A stretch of DNA of 64,000 nt, from NCBI GenBank assembly GCA_951406725.2, contig OX597821.1, forward strand, positions 24,862,001 through 24,926,000, in the 5' to 3' direction. The stretch comes from Octopus vulgaris (Eukaryota). Below the pieces are notes generated by a model. The model did no database searches. It saw only the letters and a list, made by a program, of their open reading frames with translations, and was not told where the DNA came from. This document shows positions 53,540 through 64,000 of this stretch, piece after piece. Each line of letters opens with the position of its first letter. The first letter of the stretch is position 1. A program made the position numbers and the translations under genes.

Positions 53540-54289
53540 GTAAGCATATAACTGTAAAGATGTATGATGTAAAAACATTACCACATCATACATTTCATAC
53601 AGCCAATCAGAAATATAAGCTGACTATTTGCTCCCAAATGTTCTAATGTTAGAAATATAAAACTTATCAAAGCTACATTTACTCTAAAATAAAAGATATC
53701 TGCAATAATAATTTTTCCGGGGTGTTAAACCTCAGCTTTATAAAGGAAAAGAAAATTTTATTTATTTTTGTGTATTTAATCTATATCAGTGTACCATTGT
53801 CTATATAATCTATCCTGTTTACCATAAACTAGTTCAAAATCTTTTCATTTACTGCTTAATAAAAGCAAATCTCAGCTTATATGTTTCAGTTTGTTGCTTG
53901 GAAATATTTTCTTATTAGATTTTATTTTAATACTTATTGAACCTGTTTGATTATGAAAATGATTTTCTTTAATTTGCTAAGAATTTTTGAAGGAAACCAT
54001 ACCTGTGTTGCTAGAATTTTTTTTTTTACTAAATTAATAGCATTGACATATTAGTCATTTTCTTTTCTTGTTTAAAATCACTTTTATTTTATCTTTCTTT
54101 TCTGAATTAATTTGTTTAATACTAATATTTCTTCATTCATATTTCCATGTTTCATTTCTCATTTCCAACCTGAATTTTTGTGATTATTTTACCTGTATTT
54201 GTCAAAAAACAACAACAACAATAATAATAATAATAATTTCTGAAATAAATAGCCAAATCTTTGTTTATTATAGTACTTAGTGTTTGTAG

Positions 54290-54630
54290 AGAATATCACA
54301 CTTGATAAGTTCTCAGGCAATGATTTCTTTCTGCCCAGCATGATGTCCAGTTTGAACATTCCAAACATCCACAAGAATGCCTGTCATCAATGTGAAAAGA
54401 AACTTGCTTCAGCCTGTCAGCCATTTCTCACCAGCACCCTGGGTCCCCAGTACTGACACATCGGCTACCCTGGATGTGATAGCATGGATGAATAAATGCT
54501 GTATAATATAGTTTCTTGCCTGGTTTCCTCAGTTTCCCGGTTCAGCAGAGCAACTACCCTCTTCCTTTTGCAGCGTATTAGTTGAGAGGAGCACCTCCCC
54601 CACCAATCACCAGCTAGGGGTTAAAGAAGA
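54290..54630 (-). mobile_element. LINE 5' fragment (start of APE endonuclease)
   Basis: Minus strand reads WNVQTGHHAGQKEIIA*ELIKCDIL, like the WNVRT..E.IAREL motif. Confidence 0.55.
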
Positions 54631-54933
54631 TTAAAAAAAAGAAAAAGAGGGTATCTGTTTGAACATCTTTACTTTAATGTGGAACAACTAAAGCCAATGA
54701 GGGAAATATGTAGAAAATTGTAAATTCAAATAAAATTGATAAAAATGCATGACAGTAGCTGAAATGTTTTTATTCACATTCTCTTCTGATGGATAAATTA
54801 ATTTAGTTGTACATATGATATGGGGCTTTATTTACATCATAGTCTTAGTTCCTCCTGCTCACCTACCCAGAGCATTAGGTGATGGGAGATCTCTACTCAG
54901 TACAGTTGCCAGCCTCGTAAACATCACAGATTT

Positions 54934-56905
54934 GTAAGAACTATATCCATTTCACAAGAATAAAATTGATGGACCAATAAAAAAATGCTTGCCAAAAGAT
55001 AACAAACCCTGAAACTGTTCTCTCTCTTCCTTGTAGTGTATTACTAAGAACTTGACATATGCCTCACCACCACAAGACAAGCTTTGACTGGTCTCTTGTA
55101 GGCATGCATAGTATATGGTTGAACATCTACCTTGATCACACAGCAATGATATATCATAGATTATTACTCAGCCTACCACTTTTCATGACTTCTTCATTTG
55201 TGATGAAATCATTCCAAGAAATTCTCAATATGGTCCTAAAGCAATGCCTGGTGAAGACATCTGTACTCCTATAGATTTTGCTGTTTTTTTTCTATGTCTT
55301 GCATTGTTCTCAGAACATAAAGACAGATGAAATACCACTAAGCGTTTTGCCTCACATGCTAAAGATTCTACCAGCTTGCCACCTTAAATATATTATTATT
55401 ATTATTGAGCACAAATCTGTAAAAGGAAATAGACACCAGTCTGCTATAAATGTAGAAGGAAACCTCCATTTCTTACATAGAAAATAACTTTTCAAACGAA
55501 TCTGTTCTGTTACATAGAAAATGCTTTCGTTAGAAAAAACACTTACCCATTTACAGCTACTTTTCAACCTGAGCAATGCTGGAGTTTCTCATTTTCAAAG
55601 TAATCTACTGTTAATAGTTTGTTATTCATGCATTTTGTATTCAGTTGGAAAGTGTCTTGTGAATAATTTTATAATTGATAAGATCATCAATGCCAGATTT
55701 AAAGTTATACTATGGTAACATCTGTATTTATATTCAGGATCATTTGCTGGACACTGAAGCATCACAGTATTTCTTATTTGATGTTCTTTTAGTCACCCAA
55801 AATGACCTCAAATGAAAAATATAGTACTGGCAAAATGAATAACTAATCTCTATTACATGCATTGAGTTTTCTGTTCCTCTTTCATTTAAAATACTCCAAT
55901 GTAATACTGTTTTTGATGGCTTATAAGATACCTCTGGATTTTGACAGACTCTAGACTTTTGCTAGACTTACTATCAAAGATGGCTTTCAAAATACAATTT
56001 TTGTTTCAATATTTGATTTAGACCAAAATTCTTGCAATTTAATTTTATCTCTATGTTGTATTTAAATTTCTTATTTCATGTATGGTACTTGCACTTTTTA
56101 CAATCTTTTCTAATGAGTTGTAGAGCACATAAGCACTATATAAGTTCATTCACTATTATTATTATTATTATTATTATTATATCCTTACTTAGTTTTAAAA
56201 TATTTGTGTATATCAAATAACAAGAAAAGCTAATGCCAAATGATCCTATGTTTATATTTCATATGAAGTAAATGCATTATTTAAACTATCCTGGTTTGTT
56301 GTTGGAATTAAAATTAATAATTTATTGCATATCTTAAAATAATTGTTCAACTTGTAATAGACTAACAAAAAGTTATATCGATACTGGATTGTGATTATGA
56401 GTTTGTTTTCTTGCAGTAAGACGTACCCTTGTTTTAAAGTTTACTGAACTTTTGATGGAATGTATTTTAAAAGGCTGTTTGCCTTTTTTAATTCGTCTAC
56501 AGGTAATTCATTATTTCTGAAATAAGAACACAAACTTTCTCATTAACTGCTTGCTTCTTCACCTTGTTATCTTTCAGTATTAAGTCGTTGTTTCAGTGTT
56601 TGTGTAATTAAAAAAAAAAAAAAAAAACATTCCAATAACTCTATATATTAACACATATATAAGTCCATTGTCCTTACTATTTTGATGTTGAAATATGCAA
56701 AACGCCTTTTCTATAAAGGATTCATTTGTTACTGCAGCTGTAAACAGCACAAATTAGTAAGAACTATCTCTCCTTCACAAAAATAAAATTGATGGACCAA
56801 TAAAAAAAAAAAACTGTTTACAAAGGATAACAAACCCTGAAAGTGTTCTCTCTCTTCCTTTTATTGTATTACAAAGAACTTGACATATGCCCCACTACCA
56901 CAAGA
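54934..56905 (+). repeat. ~145-bp diverged direct repeat pair (54934-55077, 56757-56905)
   Basis: Shared ATAAAATTGATGGACCAATAAAAAA..GATAACAAACCCTGAAA..TGTTCTCTCTCTTCCTT..AAGAACTTGACATATGCC. Confidence 0.85.
55697..55782 (+). CDS. SYCP2: SYCP2-like exon ((N)LKLYYGNICIYIQDHLLDTEASQYFLFD), weak splice sites
   Basis: CCAG|AT..GAT|GTTCTT, phase 1 to 0 as the neighbours require. LLDT resembles vertebrate VIDS (recalled). An alternative candidate is 55645-55703. Confidence 0.45.
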
Positions 56906-58914
56906 TATGTTCAGCAATTGACTGTTTTAAACTTATAGCTTATTTTAGCATTTTAAAGTTTTAGTATTAAAGATTAAGTTTAATATGTCTACAGTATTTA
57001 GATTAGTGTTTCACTAGGATGTTGAGCCTCACAGAGTAGGTGACAAAGAACCAAGATGATTGACAATTCATTGTGCTCGAAAGGCTCATTCATCTTAGCA
57101 AAAAATGAGGTCTTAAAAGTATATCATTTATGTATATGTCCCTGCACCCAATCTGTCTATGATCTAGCCTCTCCCCAACAACTCATCTTCCTAACACCCA
57201 TCCCACTATCACTTTTCTAACTATGGTACTATTTACTCAACTGCTGGAATTATATGAGAGCAGAACTGTTCATATTTCATCTCCCTTTCGTGCTACCAGT
57301 TATCCCTTTCCTTGGGATCACTTCCTTTTGTCACCCATCCCATATTCCTAATATCAACCTTTACTATTGCACTCCATTTTTTCCTGCATAGCCTCTCATA
57401 TCTGCTGTCAATGACCCCTTTCACACCTTTGTTTATCACTCACTATTTCCAACCTTACACACCTCTGACCTCTCTCTATCACTTCACATCATCTCCAAAT
57501 TGCTCATTTATCTATGGTTTAATGATATTGTTACCCTCCACTCCCCCCACCTTATTTGTATTAACCCATTCTTATTTCCTTCATCTTCCCCCACCAAGTG
57601 TGATAGCCACCATTGACCATGCCTCTACTCATGTTCACCATTTACTGCATTCACAACTATCTCCATCACTAACCATCTGTCATTCTCCTTTCATATTTGC
57701 ATGAACTTACCAGCCAGCCCAACCTTTCCGATCTACTTCTTTTCTTATAATCACCTTCTTTCAGCATGAAGATAACACCCTGACACCTCATCACTATGGG
57801 TTTTTTTTTCTTTTTTTCCAACTGTGGCAGCCATGTATCTCCTCTACAGCAAGAAACTTGTTCCTGTTCCTATGTCATATTTTAGCCTCTTAACACCTAG
57901 CATAAAGCCACCTCCCTCACGATTATATCCCTACTCTGTTGAGCTGTCTTCTTATCTTGCAATTTATTTAGTGACCTTGATAGTGCCAGTACCACAAAAA
58001 AGCACTGGTACACATTGTAAAGTGGTTGGCATTAGGAAGAGCATCCAGCCATAGAAACAATGCCAAACCAGACATCATCTTCTTCAACCATCCAACCTTT
58101 GCCAGCATGGAAGACAGACATTAAGTAATGATAAACCTACAAAGAGTGATCTTGTCTTTTTACCTTTCCAAAGTGGAAGAGCAATAAAATAAATATCAGT
58201 AATTATAATGAGACTAATTTAATTGACTCCACTCTTCCACTACAGAATTAGCTTCACTTTCGAATAATGGTAGCAATTCTTGAAGAGCAAGCTCCAGCTC
58301 CGGTGAACTGAGTTACATACAACCCATGGCAAAATAAATAAAACTGTTATGTGGTTTTAAATCAAAATTAAAATCATTTGTCTTTTTCACTTGTATCAGA
58401 GAATATTCTGCAAAAAGCACAACTAATTACATCTTATTTTGCCTTTCTCTTAAATATCATACTTTAATATCAAACCACGATTCATTTCCTTGAAGCAGCT
58501 GGTTTATCCTTACCATGTTAACAAAATTATGGAAAACTCTGAATGTCATAAATTACATCTGTATCTTTCATTTTTCATAGTTACAGTTCAGATCCCTCCA
58601 AGGACCACTAGATTCGATGAAGTAAAATACTAGTTTACCATTGGTGAAAATGAGTCGTTATACTCGACATCTCCCTTCCCACAAAATTTAACGTTTTGTA
58701 TTTATTCAAAGATCATTATAGAGGGGAAACAACTCACCCAATTTTCAGATTGTTTCCCTTTCTCGATTTTACTGAATAAAGTAGGTAGTTGATCTAGCTA
58801 AAATAGATTAATAAAATTTCCTCAACATGTACACTTAGCCCGGTTTTATTCCATATATGAAAAGTTAATCTTATATGCTATTGTTCTTAGTTCGTTTTTT
58901 TTTCCTTCTTGTCA

Positions 58915-59250
58915 ATATATGGACATGCTTACAAAGTCAGAAAACGGCACAGCTCCCATGACTTTTGGAAACATTTTTTCACGCTAAGAGTTGCTGAAGC
59001 ATGGAACAGACTGCCGGCATCAGTTGTTAGTTATCGGAGCACTGCATCCTTCAAAACTTCCATGCTTCCTGAGATTCACCAACACTACACCTTATTTTCT
59101 CCCCTCCATACACATGCAAACATGTATCTGACTCATACACTGTTCGCTTTCCAGGTATTTGTACATTACTGCATATGCTTTATACGCACTTTTGACAAGT
59201 TGTGGTGCACCTGAGCACTGTATACAATAATTTCATTATTATTATTATTA
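58915..59250 (+). mobile_element. CR1-like LINE 3' end with (ATT)n tail
   Basis: GHAYKVRKRH..KHFFTLRVAEAWNRLPASVV..ASFK. Confidence 0.85.
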
Positions 59251-60098
59251 TATAACATTGAAGCTGTTACATGAGAAATGTACTGTTAATCTTGACAGTT
59301 CTCAAATTTATATTGGGTAAGAAACATTTCAGCACTGAACTATAGATAGTCGTTTCTGGAATGCCTTTGATCTTACCTTGGCTTGGCCGATTTGAGGCTT
59401 AAGCGACACTAACTTATTTATTATTTGATGGCCTCAAATATACAGTTAAATATCTTAGTCATAGACAAAGTGAAACACTCATAAGATATGAAAATATCAA
59501 TCCTTCCACCAAATAGCTAAACTTATCAGTTTAATCATTTGTGACCATCACTACTGAATCACAGGCATCTGACCAATGTAAGAATAATCTTTATACATAT
59601 CAAAGCCATTATGAATTGAAATAACCTTTTGGTAGGCTTAGAATGCTCATTTCAATCAGAACAACATAGAGTTATGCTTTTTGGTTATAATATAGACATG
59701 TAGAAATAGCCAAAGTACTATATACTTTATAATGAACTCAACACTAGCTACCAATAAGCTAATGCAATGCATTCTTGTCAGAACTTTAAGTGCCAAAATA
59801 GGTTTTCATAAAGCATTTCATCTGACCCTTTTATAGTTCTGCCAATCTATCATTCTAGATTGGAACTTTTTTGTATTGTCCCTGAAAGGATGAAAGACAA
59901 AATTGATTTTGGTAGGATTTGAACTCATTTAGAACAGATACTATGAGGCATTCTATTCAACACCCAAACAATTCCACCCAATTATCACTTTTTGAGTAAA
60001 AAATTTAACAGCTTAACTATGTTGACACCATATTTATTCAATATAAATATAAATTCATATCAAAATATCTTTCTTATGAGTAGTACATTATATTATAG

Positions 60099-60187
60099 GC
60101 TCTCAAGTATTCAAATCTATTATTTGAGCACTGTCCTTCTTCTGTTAAAGAAACTCTGAATTTAAAACCACAACATCAAAATAATTT
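60099..60187 (+). CDS. SYCP2: SYCP2-like exon (ALKYSNLLFEHCPSSVKETLNLKPQHQNN-L)
   Basis: TATAG|GCT..TT|GTAAGT, phase 0 to 2. Resembles IIKKMNAMLDKMPQDARKIL (recalled). Confidence 0.8.
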
Positions 60188-61502
60188 GTAAGTATTTCAT
60201 TAGATAGCCATTTTAAAATGTCTTTTTATTTGATTCTTATGTTTCTGAATTCTGTGTGTGTGTGTATGTAGGGTGAGGATTAGATTACCTGACTGAATAA
60301 GATTAAACTTGTCCTTAATTATATCCCAGCTGTATAGTAACGATTAAAATTATAGCAGCCACTGAACTAATGTTGTCTTCCTGATATTTTTCATTAGGTA
60401 TATTAACACTAAGATAACTACATAATTGAAATGTTCAAACAATCTTGGAAATTTTTCATCATTATCAAAATAATAATCATTCCTAAGTGTTTCATAAAAT
60501 TACCTATTAAGGGGTTATGTTTGATTTTATCAAAGCCACTATTTTACATGTACTTAATGTAAAAGATGTGAGCATATTTTGTTATTGCTAGCCTGCCATA
60601 CTTGCTTCTATTTGTTAGGGCTCATACACACAGTTAAACATACATGCATGCAGCCATATACACACTCACACACACACACATATGCAAATATTATGGTTTT
60701 CATTCAATCCAGCCTTGTTTGGCCTCTACACACTTGTTCACACTGCAGTTCAATGGGTTAAAAATTACATTTATGGCAGAGAGCAGCCTAACTGCTTTGA
60801 GTAATTATGTATAGCAATGTAGCAGAAACCAACTAAGTATTTTGACTTTTGATTATTTATAACTATAGTCAAACTAAAAAGCTATCCACAACTCTCTGGA
60901 GCCTGCCAAAGCCTCTACACAGATCTTTTGATTTGACTGTGTGAGTGTTGTTACTATGGTGAGGGCAATGTCAATCTGCGTCATAACTTAGCATGTTGAC
61001 TCTCAATCACACAGAAACATGCATGTTATCAAATGTACAAGTCATTATTCTATATTTGCGTCATCGTTTCTGTTTTTACCTGTGATTATTTAAAACTGAA
61101 TATTTTGCAAAGCATGAAGTTAGATGCTTTAAACTGTATTTCTAACTTATTAAAAACTTTGTAGCTGTCTGTATGCCAAGATCAATTTCTTCAACTTGAC
61201 AGGAAGAAAAAATGTATTTGTTGGTTTAAATACACACAACCTACTTTTCAAGTTATTTATTCACACTAAACAGTGGACTCTGTCATCATTATAAAATGTT
61301 GGTTCTATAAACATATTCTACTGTCTATCATATTCTTGTTAAATATAAAAAATGAAAGCAACTGCCAATTCTGTCACTTACTACACCCATTCTAATATGA
61401 TAATTTCATAATGTTTTCCAATTATAGCTGGTTTCATAATATATTTTTCTGTTTTTTTGTGTTGTTTTTTTTAATATTTTGTTAAATCTATTTTACTTTC
61501 AG

Positions 61503-61537
61503 AAAAAGTATCATCAAGCTGATAACAACTATTGGTG
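61503..61537 (+). CDS. SYCP2: SYCP2-like 35-nt exon (KSIIKLITTIG)
   Basis: TTTCAG|A..GGT G|GTAAGG, phase 2 to 1. Precedes the GDY motif. Confidence 0.85.
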
Positions 61538-61811
61538 GTAAGGGAAATATTAGTAACTTTATAAATAGAGAACAGATGGTATTGTTTTAGTGAGTGCATA
61601 TGTGAGAGATTGAAGTAGAGAACAGCATTTAAAGTGAAATTTTTCACCTGATCAGGTTAATTAAACATTGATTGGGTTAACTAAAACTAAAATCATTTTC
61701 TAAAACTAAAATCATTTTCAAATTTAAAACAAATGAATAGAATATTGTTTATCAACTATATTGAATATATGTGATGATGATGTGATATGAAAATATTTTT
61801 TTTTCTTTTAG

Positions 61812-61951
61812 ATTATGAATTCCAGGTGGCCATTGTTGAATACACATTTCGATCCATTTCTAAGAAATTCCGCTCACAAGAACTGTCTAATTTGTCTGAT
61901 CCCAATATATTCTCTTTCATCAATTCTATCAAAGATGAAACTTTCGAAAGT
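61812..61951 (+). CDS. SYCP2: SYCP2-like exon (DYEFQVAIVEYTFR..SIKDETFES)
   Basis: Canonical AG/GT. Matches the SYCP2/SYCP2L motif GDYDLQVGITEALCR..RIKDSEFET (recalled). Confidence 0.9.
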
Positions 61952-62824
61952 GTAAATATATTTATATGTACTATGATATTTCTCCACTTATAGGTTCAAT
62001 AAGTAGCTATAAATTCATTTTGACACAATTTCGTCTGTAACTAATCCCTTAAATTAATCCCAGCTTACTTAGGATGTTAAAACAACAAAATTTCACATTT
62101 TCATGTCAAAATTTCTTTAAATTGATCAGCATTTATTCAAGTAGAATATCCATCATTGTTTCTTCTTTTTTTTTTCTGCCACCTTGATATCAGCAACAAA
62201 TCTCCAAAATGCCTTTTTGTATTTTACTAGAAATAACAGCCAAATTCCCTTTAAACCACAAACTGCCATGTCTTTTGAAATAAAAATAAAAATAGGAAGG
62301 ATGCAATGGATTATGTAGTCTCGGTTATAAAGCCTGAAAAAAGTCAGGATGACCATAGCTGGAACACTTTGATCATAAGTCTGCTTCATCAGGACTGACT
62401 AAACAACAATATCATCATTACTACTACCACCAATAACAACAAAAAAAAAAACAATAGCTTTTTTCCTTTGGGTTGTGGACTTAATACATAGCCCAGTTTA
62501 GCACCAGCATTTAGTCCTTGGGTGCTTCTAATGGAGATCACTTTGTTGCAAACATTCAGACCAAGACTACAGTTTGAGAACAAGTCCCTCCTTTTCTCCC
62601 ACTAACTTTCAAAGACTCTGAAAAATAGAGCCATGGGATTGTGGACAATGTCCTTCCGTCTTTGACAAAATGGTAAAAATAGTTATTGGTATTGTTTCAT
62701 TTCAGTTATATCTTCGTAAAGATTTTTTATTAAAGTAACTGATTTTTCCTCTTGTTCTTGAATACTTAAACTAGGATTAATTATGAAAAGTGAATATTTA
62801 TAAATTTGTTTTTAATTTTTACAG

Positions 62825-62877
62825 GATTGCAGAAAATGTTTAAATGCCTTTAACAGTAACCAAGGAATATATCAGAG
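62825..62877 (+). CDS. SYCP2: SYCP2-like exon (DCRKCLNAFNSNQGIYQ-R/S); gene continues past the window
   Basis: TTTACAG|GAT..AG|GTATGA. Matches DCRIFLNLVNGMLGDKRR (recalled). Confidence 0.88.
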
Positions 62878-63619
62878 GTATGATTAAATAAAAAAAGTTT
62901 ATCATATATCAGCAGCTTAAACTGCACCATCACATCTATGCCTAACTATAAAATAACATGTTGTATCAATAATTTACCAACTATCATATACATAAAGCAG
63001 AATCTGAAAGCTAAACAAGGTATAGTAATTGAGTAATTTACCACTTGTGATTAGAATTTAGTTATTAGACAAAATGAAAATAAAATCCTTATTAGCATCA
63101 AGCATCCCTTGCTAAATGGGTACTGTACTAAATCAATTATGCCAAATCAGTTCCACCCAAGCATAACTAACTCCACTTTCTGGTGATGGTCTGTGTCAAC
63201 AACAATTATTTTGTAGTCTATTTCATGGAAGAGTGTGGTAAGTTCAGTTGTTGTTAAGAGTAAAGTATCTGATGTTTCAAGCCCTTTCATTTCATTTGAG
63301 TGCAGAAGAGAAAATAGTGCTGTTTTGTATTTATCTATAACACCACTTTTCCTTCTGCACTTAGTTGAAGCACAAGCCTGAAACTTTAGATTTTTCACTC
63401 CTTATAATGATTAAAAGTATCAAACTTATCCATGAATTGTCCTATAAGAGTATTATATTATCTTCACTTTTAACCTTTTCTTCTAATATTTCAATATTCA
63501 TTGTTATATTCTTGCTTTGTCATGTAGATTACAGACATGTATATATTCAACTTCTTAGTGCAATCAGAGCTGCCTGTGCTCTCTATGTAACTCTAAATCT
63601 TTTCTAATTGTTACATTTT

Positions 63620-64000
63620 GAAATGGCTTGGATTAATCCACTTTCTCATATGTACCTGTGATCAGTGGTTACCTGATAGATCACATTATTGCAGCATGTA
63701 CTGATATAATTCTCTGGCCCACAATTTATCAACCCTGTGATGATGGTGTACGCCAGGGTTCAGTTTTTGTTCCCCACATTCTTCTTCCTAAACATCAACA
63801 ACCTTATTGCTATCATGTCCATCAATACCCACTTTTATACAGGTAATACAATTCTTCATTCCTTCTTAACCTACAGCACCCAAGTGGTATCAGCATGCAA
63901 ACTATACTACCTCAAGCGACCTTAGAAATATCTCTAATGGGTTCATTCCAATTTAACACATTCAACAACAAAAAATACTATCACTGCATATAACAAGAAA
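63620..64000 (+). mobile_element. Old L2/Daphne-like LINE RT fragment
   Basis: DGVRQGSVF..PTFFFLNINNL..HFYTGNTILH resembles GVPQGSVLSPTLFLLFINDL..YADD. Confidence 0.6.

Noticed and set aside
56179-56192. ATATCCTT matching the U12 AT-AC donor consensus
   Set aside because: It follows an (ATT)n run with no upstream exon; probably chance.
57120-57800. 130-aa ORF in a CT-rich tract
   Set aside because: Low-complexity sequence leading into a repeat tail; no coding signature.

Overview
AT-rich, microsatellite-rich eukaryotic DNA. The SINE/LINE repertoire (tRNA-derived OK/OR-type SINEs, Nin/Deu-domain SINEs, abundant RTE LINEs with (GAT)n tails) points to an Octopus genome (inference). The first ~34 kb is almost all degraded transposable elements: a Helitron, RTE/CR1/L2 LINEs, two Penelope-like elements, Tc1/mariner copies, piggyBac-type MITEs and foldback hairpins. 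From ~40.8 kb to beyond the window end, nine small + strand exons assemble, with consistent splice phases, into the ~250-aa N-terminal domain of an SYCP2 (synaptonemal complex protein 2)-like gene. The ORF track does not reveal this gene. The most unusual signal is the SYCP2 intron at 45540-48259, which best fits homology and phase if it has non-canonical AT...AA ends. The same intron holds a near-perfect ~260-bp inverted duplication. Also noted: a strand-asymmetric G-U hairpin, a degenerate hammerhead ribozyme at a Penelope 3' end, and a twin-priming-like inverted RTE insertion. No prokaryotic-type system (CRISPR etc.) is present. All coordinates and translations were read by eye, and TE boundaries are approximate.
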